Source: Pseudomonadota bacterium (lineage in GTDB: Bacteria > Oederibacteriota > Muellerivitia > Muellerivitales > Muellerivitaceae). From it: DNA of 64,000 nt. Shown in pieces: positions 1 through 9,396 of this stretch. The stretch spans positions 43,306-107,305 of the forward strand of contig JAJPJW010000025.1 of NCBI GenBank assembly GCA_021324075.1. Direction: 5' to 3'. Both the position numbers and the translations under genes were made by a program. Below the pieces are notes generated by a model, which was not told where the DNA came from, ran no database searches, and saw only the letters and a program-made list of their open reading frames with translations. Numbering within the stretch: the first letter of the stretch is position 1; every line of letters starts with the position of its first letter.

Positions 1-1
1 C

Positions 2-1585
2 ACCACCCAGAAGTTTCCCTATACCCCCATGCTTTACATCGGCCGGGGCGGCAAATGGGACGACGTCCTGTTGTCGGTCTTCACCGACGAATTCGAGGCG
101 CGGGTCCGGGAGAACGCCCAAAAGGCCGCGAAACTCAAGGACGATCCCAACCTGATCGGCTATTTCCTGGACAACGAAATGCCCTGGTGGGGCGATTACG
201 GCTGGCGCTCGGAAGGCCAGAAGACCCTGCTGGAAAAATACGCCCTGGGCGGGATCGACGACGCCAACAAGGCCGCCCTCAAGAAATTTTTCGAGGACAA
301 GTACGACAAGGACATTGAGGCTTTCGACGACGCCTGGAAACAAAACCTGAAAAGTTTCGATGAATTGGAAGGGCCGGTAACCCTGGCGGTCAAGACCCGG
401 AACCAAAAAGAAGCCGCCGAGGAATGGGCGGGTCTGGTGGCCGAGCGGTATTTTTCCGTGGCCACGAAGGCCCTGCGGGAAGCGGACCCCCACCACCTGA
501 TCCTGGGCGTGCGTTTCGCCGGCGAGGCCCCCTGGGCCGTGGTGGAAGCCTGCGGCCGATACTGCGACGTGGTGTCGGTGAACCATTACGCCAAGAGTGG
601 CGACATCGACCAGAACCTGCTCGACAACTTCTACGCCAAGTCCCAGAAGCCCATCCTCATCACCGAATATTCCTTCAGCGCCATGGAAAACCAGAGCGGC
701 GACCCCAACACCCACGGCGCCGACGTGTCCGTGCCCACCCAAAAGGACCGGGTGGAACATTTCAACCGCTACGCCCACGAGGCCCTCAGCCTTCCTTATA
801 TCGTGGGGCTGCACTGGTACGAATGGGCCGACGAGTCGCCCGAGGGGCGCTTCGACGGAGAGGATGCGGACTACGGCCTGGTGGACATCCACGACCATGA
901 ATACACCCTGATCACCCAGGCCCAGGCCAAGATCAACCTGATCGCCGCCTCCCTGCACAAGAAGTCCGACGCGGCTCTACCCCAAACCTTCCAGGAACCC
1001 AAGGGGGTGGATTACCGCCGGGCCGACGCGGGGACGACGGTGGCGGCCTCCCGCGATTTCCTCAAGATCGACAAGACAGCCCATGTGGATACCTGGGGCG
1101 ATAACGGCAAGGGGGGCAAGGCGGTAGCCAATACCACCACGGGCGTGATCGCGCTGGATTACGAGACAGGCACGGGCTGGGGCTGCGGTGCTTCCATGCC
1201 TTGCAACATCCAACCCCTCGTGGCCTGGGGCATCGCAGACCTGAGGGGCTACAACTTCCTCGACTTCAAGGCCTTCGTTCCGGTGGGCGTCACCTTCGAT
1301 GTTTACATGAGCGAGTCGGGTTCGGCCGCGCCGGGTATGGCCCAATACGCCGGCCAAAACGGGGCCGACGGCGAATCCTATTCCTTCCCGCCCTTCACCG
1401 GCACGGGAAAGTGGGAGGACTACCGGGTGGACCTGTCCGAACTGGAGCTTCGCAACAGCTGGGGCAACCAGAAGGGGAACAAGATCCTGGATACGCAGGC
1501 CATCTCGGACGTGCAGCTCTACCTGCCCGGCAACCAGGGCGCGGGACGGATGCTGGTGAAGGATCTGGTATTCCGGGTGAAGTAA
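2..1585 (+). CDS. Glycoside hydrolase-like protein (TIM-barrel GH-type N-terminal region plus C-terminal beta-sandwich/carbohydrate-binding-like domain); 5' end truncated by window edge
   Basis: The ORF is open to position 2 with no upstream stop. Motifs GYFLDNEMPWWGDYGW and LILGVRFAGEAPW...VVSVNHY resemble glycosidase active-site regions. High-GC codon usage matches the host. Confidence 0.45.
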   Translation, partial: TTQKFPYTPMLYIGRGGKWDDVLLSVFTDEFEARVRENAQKAAKLKDDPNLIGYFLDNEMPWWGDYGWRSEGQKTLLEKYALGGIDDANKAALKKFFEDKYDKDIEAFDDAWKQNLKSFDELEGPVTLAVKTRNQKEAAEEWAGLVAERYFSVATKALREADPHHLILGVRFAGEAPWAVVEACGRYCDVVSVNHYAKSGDIDQNLLDNFYAKSQKPILITEYSFSAMENQSGDPNTHGADVSVPTQKDRVEHFNRYAHEALSLPYIVGLHWYEWADESPEGRFDGEDADYGLVDIHDHEYTLITQAQAKINLIAASLHKKSDAALPQTFQEPKGVDYRRADAGTTVAASRDFLKIDKTAHVDTWGDNGKGGKAVANTTTGVIALDYETGTGWGCGASMPCNIQPLVAWGIADLRGYNFLDFKAFVPVGVTFDVYMSESGSAAPGMAQYAGQNGADGESYSFPPFTGTGKWEDYRVDLSELELRNSWGNQKGNKILDTQAISDVQLYLPGNQGAGRMLVKDLVFRVK

Positions 1586-1605
1586 GCTTAGTTGAGGAGG
1601 CCCCC

Positions 1606-1929
1606 ATGCAAAAATTCCTTTTTCTTTTCAAAGGTCTGGCTTTGAACCCCCAGCAAGTGACCGAGTCCTATTCCAACAAGTGGGTGGACTATATGGGCAA
1701 ACTGGTCCAAGGCGGCCACTTGGAGGCTGGGTCTCCGCTGGAACCCGGCGGCAAGGTGGTTGTGGGCCAGGACAGCGTCTCCGATTTCAAGGGCGAGCAG
1801 GTCGACATCTACGGCTATTTGCTCATCAAGGCTTCTTCCCTCGACGAAGCGGTGGAGCTTTCCAAGCAGGCGCCCCATATGGCCCTCGGCGGCACAACGA
1901 TCGTGAGACCCTGTAGGGAAGTTCCATAA
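1606..1929 (+). CDS. YciI-like small protein (107 aa)
   Basis: GAGGAGG RBS at 1592-1598 precedes the ATG at 1606. Size and the C-terminal segment YLLIKASSLDEAVELSKQAPH resemble YciI/Dabb-type proteins. Start chosen inside the longer track ORF 1201..1929. Confidence 0.4.
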   Translation: MQKFLFLFKGLALNPQQVTESYSNKWVDYMGKLVQGGHLEAGSPLEPGGKVVVGQDSVSDFKGEQVDIYGYLLIKASSLDEAVELSKQAPHMALGGTTIVRPCREVP

Positions 1930-2083
1930 GGAAACGCACCAGGCTCGAGTTCAACCCGGGGAGCATAAAAAGGTAAATATCGATGTCGAAAACTGTCCCA
2001 AATGTGGTCTTGAAAATAAATTCAAAAGTCTTTTTTGCAGAGCTTGCGGGACGCCCATTTCTGATAAGCCGAAACGGGTAGGC

Positions 2084-2347
2084 ATGAATAGAAGGAAAAA
2101 TAGGTTAAATGCGAATCAACGCCTAGATAGAATTTTGCTGGAGGAAAGAAAAAAACTCTACGGGTTTGTCGTGTTTACAGGTTTTTTTATCATCGTTTTT
2201 TCAGTTGTTTGTTATTTTTATTTCAATGCTTTTGGCCATTTCATTCGTCATCCGCGAATAGTGATGATTGGAATTTCGAGTTTTTTTATCACGAGGGCTA
2301 TTTGGTATTTATTTGAAAAACTTTTTAAAATTAGCCCCCCGTTTTAA
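2084..2347 (+). CDS. Small hydrophobic membrane protein in an AT-rich islet; an in-frame zinc-ribbon motif (CPKCG...CRACG) lies just upstream of the first ATG, so the true start may be non-ATG and further upstream
   Basis: Two predicted TM helices and very low GC. In-frame upstream translation reads ...NCPKCGLENKFKSLFCRACGTPISDKPKRVG-MNRRKN. Confidence 0.3.
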   Translation: MNRRKNRLNANQRLDRILLEERKKLYGFVVFTGFFIIVFSVVCYFYFNAFGHFIRHPRIVMIGISSFFITRAIWYLFEKLFKISPPF

Positions 2348-2436
2348 TAAGAGTCCGGGTCATATAATGTGTTTTGAAACCGCATTATCTCAAATTTGAT
2401 GGTTCGCAAATCGTACGGAACGGGGAGGGTTGTTAA

Positions 2437-2862
2437 ATGAGCCCGCTTAACTTGAAACCTATCGGTAAAGTCCACGAAGGAAAGATCGTCATCGACTCCA
2501 AATGGGCCAAGGGGCTCACGGGCATCGAAGGCTTTTCCCACGTGGTTGGGCTTTTCTGGATGGACCGCGCCCACAAGCCCGACATGTTGATCCACCCGAA
2601 GAGCCGGATAAAATTTCCAGATATCGGGTTCCTGGCCACCCGCACGGCGCACCGTCCCAATCCCATCGGCCTGACAGTCTTGAAGCTGATCAAGCGCAAA
2701 GGCAACGTTCTCTTTGTCAAAGGTTTGGATGTTTGGGAGGGAACGCCGGTGTTGGACCTCAAGCCCTATACCAAGCGGGAGATCCAAGGCTACCGCCTGC
2801 CCGGCTGGGTGAAGAAACTCGACGCCCTGGAAACGGACCCGCTGCGCAAATACGGAACTTAA
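2437..2862 (+). CDS. trmO: tRNA (adenine37-N6)-methyltransferase TsaA/YaeB/TrmO family
   Basis: Full-length match in size and motif order to TsaA-like SAM-dependent MTases: GFSHVVGLFWMDRA, RPNPIGLT, GTPVLDLKPY. GGGAGGG RBS upstream. Confidence 0.7.
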   Translation: MSPLNLKPIGKVHEGKIVIDSKWAKGLTGIEGFSHVVGLFWMDRAHKPDMLIHPKSRIKFPDIGFLATRTAHRPNPIGLTVLKLIKRKGNVLFVKGLDVWEGTPVLDLKPYTKREIQGYRLPGWVKKLDALETDPLRKYGT

Positions 2863-2872
2863 AACTCCTTTA

Positions 2873-3030
2873 ACCACAGAGGGCACAGGGTACACAGAGT
2901 ACGGCGGGTAAGATTTTCGACCAATGAATACAGATAAATTTTAATTAAGAAGACTTCAAGAAAAACCGATGTTTGTCCATAAAGAATAAGGTTTTGGTTT
3001 GCTCTGTGACCTCTGTGTACTCTGTGGTTC
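2873..3030. repeat. Miniature inverted-repeat element, family 3: CCACAGAG/TACACAGAG-type imperfect terminal inverted repeats flanking an AT-rich core
   Basis: Left arm ACCACAGAGGGCACAGGGTACACAGAGTAC; right arm reverse-complements to AACCACAGAGTACACAGAGGTCACAGAGCAAA. A related copy lies at 48001-48081. Confidence 0.5.
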
Positions 3031-3048
3031 AAGTTGTCTTGATGTGAG

Positions 3049-3645
3049 GTGTTGATGGAAGTCACGCAGACCCTTTACGTCCATACCGTTTCCGCATGGC
3101 GCACCTGGCTGAAGAAACACCAAAAGACCTCCAAGGAAATCTGGCTTATCTATTACAAAAAGGACAGCGGGAAGCCTCGCATCTCCTACAACGACGCGGT
3201 GGACGAGGCCATGTGCTTCGGCTGGATCGATTCCACGGTCAAGGCCATCGACAAAGACAGCTTTTGCCAGCGCTATTCCCCCCGCCGCAAGGGCTCGCCC
3301 TGCTCGGAAATGAACAAGGCCCGCGCCCACCGCATGATCAAAGAGGGAAGGATGACCCCGGCGGGCCTGGAGGCCCTGCAGGGAGTGTTGGGCCATGGGG
3401 CGAAAATCACGAAGCGGGGGATCCAACACCCGAAGGGCTGGGTCATCCCCAAGGATATCCTGGCGGCCATTAAAAAGGATAAGGACACCTGGAAACACTT
3501 CCAGAAATTCCCGGAGACCTACAAACGCATCCGCATTGCCTTTATTGAAGGCGCCCGCAAGCGCCCCCAGGAATTCAGCCGTCGACTCAACAGTTTTTTG
3601 CGCCGGACGGCCCAAAACCAGAAGTTTGGAATGATCCAGGAATAA
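3049..3645 (+). CDS. YdeI/OmpD-associated (OmdA) family protein
   Basis: WRTWLKKHQ...IWLIYYKKDSGKPRISYNDAVDEAMCFGWIDS matches the conserved N-terminal core of this family. Confidence 0.6.
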   Translation: MLMEVTQTLYVHTVSAWRTWLKKHQKTSKEIWLIYYKKDSGKPRISYNDAVDEAMCFGWIDSTVKAIDKDSFCQRYSPRRKGSPCSEMNKARAHRMIKEGRMTPAGLEALQGVLGHGAKITKRGIQHPKGWVIPKDILAAIKKDKDTWKHFQKFPETYKRIRIAFIEGARKRPQEFSRRLNSFLRRTAQNQKFGMIQE

Positions 3646-3705
3646 CCAGACAAAAATTGGTATTCTTAAGGGGCTTTGGCCGGCATTCATCCCCAAGGAA
3701 CTGAT

Positions 3706-6700
3706 ATGACGACCTTCCGAAAAATCGTTTTAATCTCCTCGGCGGTTATCCTCGTTTTGGCGGGCCGGCTTTCGGCCCAGACGGTTGTCACCACCAACGC
3801 GGGGGATGAAAGCAACGGCTCCCTCGGCTGGGCCGTCACCACCCTCAACAACGCGGGGGCGGGGGCCATCAGCATCGGTAACGTAGGCACCATCACGCTT
3901 ACCCAGCCTTTACCCGCCTTTACCCAGGATGTCACCCTCCAGGGCGGCAGTTCCAACGTCATCGGCTCTCCTTTCTCTTTCCAGGGGTTTACCCTCGATT
4001 CCGCCGCCGCACTCACCCTCACGAACAATACGGGGTTGGATACGGCCATGACGGCCACTTCCGGGAACCTTTCCAATAATTCTTCCTTTTCCTTCACCGG
4101 CGGCGCGGGCGCGACGGGAACGGGTTTAGGTGGCGGCAACGCCGGCTCGGCCTCGGTGACGACGACCTCCTTGGCCCTTTCCGGCGCCCAGGGGACCATC
4201 GAAGGCGGTTTAGGCGGGGCGGATTCCTATCAAGACGGAAATGGCGGCTCAGCGACTCTCTCCACCGGTTCCCTCACCCTGGATACGGCGGCCCAGCTCC
4301 AAGTGGTTGGTGGCAGTGTGGGCCTGGGCAACGGGGCCCTGGGCAACGGCGGCAACGCGGTCCTTACGGCCAACTCGGTTTCCTTGACCGGATCGGGCAC
4401 CCAGTTGGCCCTCTTCGGCGGCGACGGCGGAAGCCCCCAGGCGGTCAACACCGGGCCGGGGCCGGTCAATGGCGGCGACGGCGGTTCGGTTTCCTTCGCG
4501 GCTTCCTCGGTTACGATGGATTCCCAGGCCCTCTTCACCGTCACCGGCGGCCAGGCTGGAAGCGTTTCAGCCACCAGCTCGGGCCGGGGTGGAACGGGCG
4601 GGTCCGTGACGGTTCTTTTAGGAAGCTTGGATTTCACCAACAGCGGTGCCTTGAGCATCGTGGCCGGGGATGGCGGCACAGGTGCCAAGGGCTGGATCGG
4701 CGGTAATGCCTTCGTGACCGTGGGCGCGGCCAACCAGGGAACGGGTTCGACCCTCAGCATCGTCAGCGGCATCGGGGGCGGCAATTCCAGCGGCGGTTCC
4801 GTCAACTTCTTCGCCGCTTCCCAAACCCTGGCCTCGGGTGCGACCTTCATCGCCCAGGGCAACGCCGGGGGCTCGGGCGCGTCGGCGGGCGGCAATGGCG
4901 GCTCGGTACAGGTGGGCGTCCAGGCCTTGACCCTCACTTCCGGTTCGCTTTGGGAAGTTTCGGGCGGGGCGGGAGGAACTGGAACCTCCACCAACGGCGC
5001 CGGCGGCAGCGCCTTCGTCAATATCCACGACCTGGAAGGGTCGGGTACGGTCAGCATGGGCGGGCCCGGCCAGGATACCCTACAATTGACCAACGGAAAT
5101 TTTTCGGGCGTCATCGCCGGCAGTGAAGGCCTGAACCTCACCGGTTTCGGCACAGTGACCCTCACGGGCAACAACACCTATAGTGGCGGCACCACCCTTT
5201 CCATCGGAACGGCCGTGGTCAACAACGAGAACAACCTGGGAACGGGCAACCTGACCCTGGACACGGGTACCCTGGTCCTGGGCAACTTCAACACCACTAA
5301 GTCCATCAGCCTGAGCTCCAACGGCGGAACCATCGTCACAACCCCCACCGACATCGCCCTTTTCAGCGGTGTCATCTCCGGCCCGGGCGGCCTGCTGTTG
5401 ACGGGGGGTGGTTCGGTCATCCTCAACGCGGTGGACAGCTACACGGGCCAGACCACGCTTGCCGATGGAAGCCTGGTCCTGGACGGCGGGTCCCAAGTGG
5501 GGGGAGCGGTGGTGGTTGCGGGCGCCGCCTCCACGCTGACCGGAACGGGCAGTATCTCGGGCGCGGTCACCAACAACGGTACGGTGCAAGCGGGGTCGGG
5601 TTCCGCTACCGGCACCCTGGCGATGGGCGCTTACACCCAAGGCGCGGGCGGAACCCTGGACGCCCTTGTCTCCCCGACCGGCGCCAATAGCCTCGCCGTG
5701 GCGGGTGCGGCCAGCCTGGCCGGGGCGGTCACGGTGGACCAGACCGCGGGCACCTATACGGGTTTGCGCTACCGTTACGTCCTGCTCTCGGCCGGATCGC
5801 TGGCTGGGACCTTCACTACGACGGATTTTACTGTCCTGCCCAGTTGGAACCCTCTCGTAACCTACGGCTCCAACGCGGTGACCTTTATCCTTTTCCACAA
5901 CGTGGATTTCACCCCCTGGGCCGTGGGGGCCAACCAGACGGCGGTGGCACAGGCCTTGAACGCGGCGGTTCCAACCGGCAGCGACAGCCTGGTCAACAAG
6001 CTAAACGAGATCAACCAACTACCCTCGGGCCAGGGGCTGGCCCTGGGCCAGTTAACGGGCGACCTCTACACCGCCCTTCCGGGAATCCTCTTGGACAACG
6101 CGCAGTTCGAGGACAGCCTGCTCTTCGACCGGCTCGACGGCGGCACAGGTACGGGCATGGGTTCGGCCCAGGCGGGCCTTGTTCGCAACATCCTTTCGGC
6201 GGAAGTTTCAGGCCCAGGCGGCCAGGCCGCCGGCTTGGCGAATCCCGGTGCGGGCGGCCTGTGGATCGAGAACACCGACAGCGCAGGGTCGGTCAACAGC
6301 GACGGCAACGTGGAAGGTTTCAACCAATCCAACTACGGGTTCCTAGCGGGCTATGATACCGAGCTTTCCAAGGGGCTCACCGGCGGGATCATGGGCGGCT
6401 GGGTGCACACGGACGCCACGGGAACCTATACGGGCGCCAAGGCGGGTGTGGACAGCGCCCAATTCGGCGTCTATGGCAGCAAAAAGTTCGGCGCGGTGGA
6501 ACTGGGCCTGGTGGCGGGCTATGGCTTGGACCACCTGACGGCCAACCGCACGGTTTCCATCGGCAGCGACGTGACGGCCCTGGCGGGCACCGCGGACGGC
6601 AGCCAGATCCAGGCGGCGTTGCAGGGGTCTTACGACCTGGGGGTTCCAGGCTTTACCCTGAAGCCCCTGGCGGGAATGGCCTATGCCCATTTGAGCGAGA

Positions 6701-7083
6701 ATGCCTTTACGGAAACCGGCTCGGACAGCCTGGCCCTGGCGATACCGGCCCAAAGCACCGATTCCCTGAGGCCTTACCTGGGCGTGGAGGGAAGCAAATA
6801 TCTTGTCGTGGACCAGGACCTGGGATTACTGCCCCGGCTCAATCTTTCGGTCAGCCAGGAGCTGATGGCATCGGCTACCAGCTTCCAAACTTCCCTGTCC
6901 GGTGCCACAGGCAACCCCTTTACGGTCACCGGAATCACGCCCTCGGCCACGACCATCGGCGTGGAGGCGGGGGCCAGGCTCATCTTCGGCAAACAGCTCA
7001 ACCTCTTTGCCAATTACCAGGGCCATTTCAGCGCCACCGAAAACCTCAACACTTTCAACGGCGGGTTGGATATTTCGTTCTAG
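3706..7083 (+). CDS. Autotransporter (type Va) with long Gly/Thr/Ser-rich beta-helical passenger and C-terminal beta-barrel translocator
   Basis: Signal peptide MTTFRKIVLISSAVILVLAGRLSAQ. Repetitive GGxGG/GT passenger. C-terminal barrel with alternating hydrophobics, ending in the terminal aromatic ...GGLDISF. AAGGA RBS before the ATG at 3706; the track ORF starts at 3676. Confidence 0.7.
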   Translation: MTTFRKIVLISSAVILVLAGRLSAQTVVTTNAGDESNGSLGWAVTTLNNAGAGAISIGNVGTITLTQPLPAFTQDVTLQGGSSNVIGSPFSFQGFTLDSAAALTLTNNTGLDTAMTATSGNLSNNSSFSFTGGAGATGTGLGGGNAGSASVTTTSLALSGAQGTIEGGLGGADSYQDGNGGSATLSTGSLTLDTAAQLQVVGGSVGLGNGALGNGGNAVLTANSVSLTGSGTQLALFGGDGGSPQAVNTGPGPVNGGDGGSVSFAASSVTMDSQALFTVTGGQAGSVSATSSGRGGTGGSVTVLLGSLDFTNSGALSIVAGDGGTGAKGWIGGNAFVTVGAANQGTGSTLSIVSGIGGGNSSGGSVNFFAASQTLASGATFIAQGNAGGSGASAGGNGGSVQVGVQALTLTSGSLWEVSGGAGGTGTSTNGAGGSAFVNIHDLEGSGTVSMGGPGQDTLQLTNGNFSGVIAGSEGLNLTGFGTVTLTGNNTYSGGTTLSIGTAVVNNENNLGTGNLTLDTGTLVLGNFNTTKSISLSSNGGTIVTTPTDIALFSGVISGPGGLLLTGGGSVILNAVDSYTGQTTLADGSLVLDGGSQVGGAVVVAGAASTLTGTGSISGAVTNNGTVQAGSGSATGTLAMGAYTQGAGGTLDALVSPTGANSLAVAGAASLAGAVTVDQTAGTYTGLRYRYVLLSAGSLAGTFTTTDFTVLPSWNPLVTYGSNAVTFILFHNVDFTPWAVGANQTAVAQALNAAVPTGSDSLVNKLNEINQLPSGQGLALGQLTGDLYTALPGILLDNAQFEDSLLFDRLDGGTGTGMGSAQAGLVRNILSAEVSGPGGQAAGLANPGAGGLWIENTDSAGSVNSDGNVEGFNQSNYGFLAGYDTELSKGLTGGIMGGWVHTDATGTYTGAKAGVDSAQFGVYGSKKFGAVELGLVAGYGLDHLTANRTVSIGSDVTALAGTADGSQIQAALQGSYDLGVPGFTLKPLAGMAYAHLSENAFTETGSDSLALAIPAQSTDSLRPYLGVEGSKYLVVDQDLGLLPRLNLSVSQELMASATSFQTSLSGATGNPFTVTGITPSATTIGVEAGARLIFGKQLNLFANYQGHFSATENLNTFNGGLDISF

Positions 7084-7121
7084 CCAACGAGTCTTTTCGG
7101 ACATCCTTCATCATTTATTTA

Positions 7122-7176
7122 GTCCCCCTCACCCCAACCCTCTCCCTGGTAGGGAGAGGGTTGGGGTGAGGGGGAC
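7122..7176 (+). repeat. Family 2 GC-rich perfect palindrome (22-bp stem, 5-nt loop) with AT-rich flanks, immediately 3' of the autotransporter gene; possible terminator
   Basis: CCCCTCACCCCAACCCTCTCCC-TGGTA-GGGAGAGGGTTGGGGTGAGGGG. A related half-copy lies inside addA at 16208-16244. Confidence 0.5.
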
Positions 7177-7324
7177 ATTAATTCATTAATCTTTTCTTTT
7201 AATCCTGAACCGCCGTTTTTCGTCCGCCAGCCTCCGCTTCCTCCCGCCCGGTACGGCCCTAAATCCGGGCCCTCCCCGTCTTAACCCTGTAAGCTTTAAA
7301 AAAACGGGTTCCCTAGGAGGCACC

Positions 7325-7594
7325 ATGACCATCACCGATACCGTCCTCGTCAAACAACCCCACGGCCTTCACCTGCGGGCCGCGGTCAAGCTGATCCTCT
7401 TAAGCCGCAAATACAAAAGCCGCATCACCCTCAAGAACGGCAGGACTTTGGCGGACGCCCAAAGCATCCTGGGCATCATGAACCTGGGGGCGGCGCATGG
7501 GACGGAACTGGAAGTGGTCTCGGAAGGGGACGACGCGGGGGAAGCCCTGGCGGAAGTACGGGAATTCTTCAACCATCCCCAAAGCTGGTCCTAA
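7325..7594 (+). CDS. ptsH: HPr-family phosphocarrier protein
   Basis: 89 aa. GLHLRAA corresponds to the GLHARPA active-site His region. GGAGG RBS. No ptsI is adjacent. Confidence 0.7.
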   Translation: MTITDTVLVKQPHGLHLRAAVKLILLSRKYKSRITLKNGRTLADAQSILGIMNLGAAHGTELEVVSEGDDAGEALAEVREFFNHPQSWS

Positions 7595-8448
7595 GTCCTG
7601 CGGGCCTTGCCGCTTTTAGGACGGGCGATTTGGATCTTCATCACCGCCTCCATCAAAAGCCCCACCAGGATGGCGAAACCCAATCCCAGTGACGTCTCGA
7701 TAAAGCGGTCCGTGGCGTAAACCCAGGGGGAATCGCCGTGGAACAGGATCACGATGCCGGTGATATAGCCCGTGATCTTGGCGGCCTCCCGCAGGCCGGT
7801 CAATTCGCAGAGAACGATCGAAACCAGGACGCCTCCCGCCATGACCAGCGGGCTGTGGCCCAGGAAGGTGCCGATACCCCCGCCCAGGATAGCCCCGATG
7901 ACGTTCCCGACCAGGCGAAGCAGGCCGGTGCGCCGGGTGACTTCGGGGGAGGCGTCGGTGACGACGATGGCGGCGATGACCGCGTAAATGGGATAGTCCA
8001 TGCCCAGCCGCAGGGCCGTCCAGGCGGCCAGCAGGCTGGCGATGGCGGCCCGCAAACCGATCTGAAGGCCGTAGGCCGGGCTTTGGGACGGGGGTTTGGC
8101 GGGTTGGCTTGCCGGTGTTTTTGAGGTTTTCATTTCCAATCCACAATGAGCGCATTTCCGGCCCAAGGCTACTTTCCAATCGAAAAGATTGCCCCCGGTA
8201 ACCAAACTATATAAGAACCGCTGATGGCATCTTGGACAATTAAGCCTTTGATAGGAAATTCTTAAGAGAATCCAGGCCAAAAAATAGAAAAAACCAAGGG
8301 CGAGGCTGGGCACGAACAACCAAGCCCAAATTTTCGAGAGAAACTCCAAACCTATTCCCAATAGAGGAAACGTAAAGAACATTCCAATAACGGAATAACC
8401 GAGATTGTTTCGCCTCTTGAAGAACGCTTCATACTTATCGGTTTTCAT
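7591..8448 (-). CDS. Integral membrane protein (FUSC-like?) with a compositionally distinct AT-rich N-terminal module bearing a zinc ribbon (CPRCHQRF...CAHCG)
   Basis: Multi-TM ORF. The first ~105 codons (8134-8448) are AT-rich and the remainder GC-rich. An internal Met at 8133 could be an alternative start. Overlaps the ptsH stop by 4 nt. Confidence 0.4.
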   Translation of the reverse strand: MKTDKYEAFFKRRNNLGYSVIGMFFTFPLLGIGLEFLSKIWAWLFVPSLALGFFYFLAWILLRISYQRLNCPRCHQRFLYSLVTGGNLFDWKVALGRKCAHCGLEMKTSKTPASQPAKPPSQSPAYGLQIGLRAAIASLLAAWTALRLGMDYPIYAVIAAIVVTDASPEVTRRTGLLRLVGNVIGAILGGGIGTFLGHSPLVMAGGVLVSIVLCELTGLREAAKITGYITGIVILFHGDSPWVYATDRFIETSLGLGFAILVGLLMEAVMKIQIARPKSGKARRT

Positions 8449-8466
8449 TTGAAGGGAGGCGAAGGC

Positions 8467-9309
8467 TCAGGCCGGAACCAGCGAATCGTAGGAACGGATC
8501 TTGGCGATGACTTCTTCGATCAGGTAATCGGGCGTCGAGGCCCCGGCGGTGATGCCCACCTTGTTCTTCCCCTCGAACCACTTGGGGTCCAACTCCTGGG
8601 CCGTCTCGATATGGTAGGTGGCCTCGGGCAGGTTCATCTTGCAGGTGTCCGCCAGCTTGTGGGTGTTGCTGGAATTGCGCCCCCCGATGACGACCATGAT
8701 GTCCACCGTCCTGGAAAGGGCGGCGGCGGCGCTCTGGCGGTCCTTGGTGGGTTTGCAGATGGTGTTGACCGGCACCACCTCGGCGCAACGGGCCTTCAAA
8801 AGGGTCACGAACTTGTCGAACTTCTCCATCAAAAGGGTGCTCTGGCAGACCACGCCGATCCTCGATCCCTCGGGGACGTTGGGGATATCCTCTTCGTGGT
8901 ACACGATGACCGGGTTCTTCATGCGGCTGGCGATGCCCTTCACTTCCACATGCTTGGGGTCGCCGATGATGACCATCTGCAGGCCCTGGGCTTCCAGTTT
9001 GTGACCCTCGTTATAGATCTTGGTGACCAGGGGGCAGGTGGTGTCCACGATCTCCAGGTTGCGTTCCTTCATCTGGCTGATCACGTTGATGTCCAGGCCG
9101 TGGGCGGTGATGACCACCTTGTTGTCCTCGACCTCCTCCAGCTTGTGGACGATCTTCTTGTTGAGGGAGGCCAGGCGCGCCACTTCCTGGGGGTTGTGGA
9201 TGAGGGAGCCGAAGATGAAGGCGCGGTCCATGGTCTCGGCCTTCTGGATGGCCTTCTTCACGCCGAAGCAGAACCCGGCGGCGTTGGCGATTTGGATTTC
9301 ACGGGGCAT
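8467..9309 (-). CDS. ispH: 4-hydroxy-3-methylbut-2-enyl diphosphate reductase (IspH/LytB)
   Basis: N-terminal GFCFGVKKAI, TTCPLVTK and SSNT motifs; typical 280-aa length. Confidence 0.9.
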   Translation of the reverse strand: MPREIQIANAAGFCFGVKKAIQKAETMDRAFIFGSLIHNPQEVARLASLNKKIVHKLEEVEDNKVVITAHGLDINVISQMKERNLEIVDTTCPLVTKIYNEGHKLEAQGLQMVIIGDPKHVEVKGIASRMKNPVIVYHEEDIPNVPEGSRIGVVCQSTLLMEKFDKFVTLLKARCAEVVPVNTICKPTKDRQSAAAALSRTVDIMVVIGGRNSSNTHKLADTCKMNLPEATYHIETAQELDPKWFEGKNKVGITAGASTPDYLIEEVIAKIRSYDSLVPA

Positions 9310-9396
9310 TCAAAACCTCTTCTTTCAAACTCGGAAGGTCATTATATATAGTAGGCATTGAATTAAAACCCCTCGTCCTCCCCAAAGGATCGGTCC

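Noticed and set aside
4230-5177. Long antisense ORFs opposite the autotransporter, addB, addA, the lipoprotein and others (e.g. 4230..5177, 10554..11399, 10828..12057, 15134..16177, 39528..40673, 45176..46726)
   Set aside because: These are typical high-GC shadow ORFs. They give Pro/Arg/Gly-rich translations, carry no motifs or RBS, and fully overlap strongly supported genes on the other strand.
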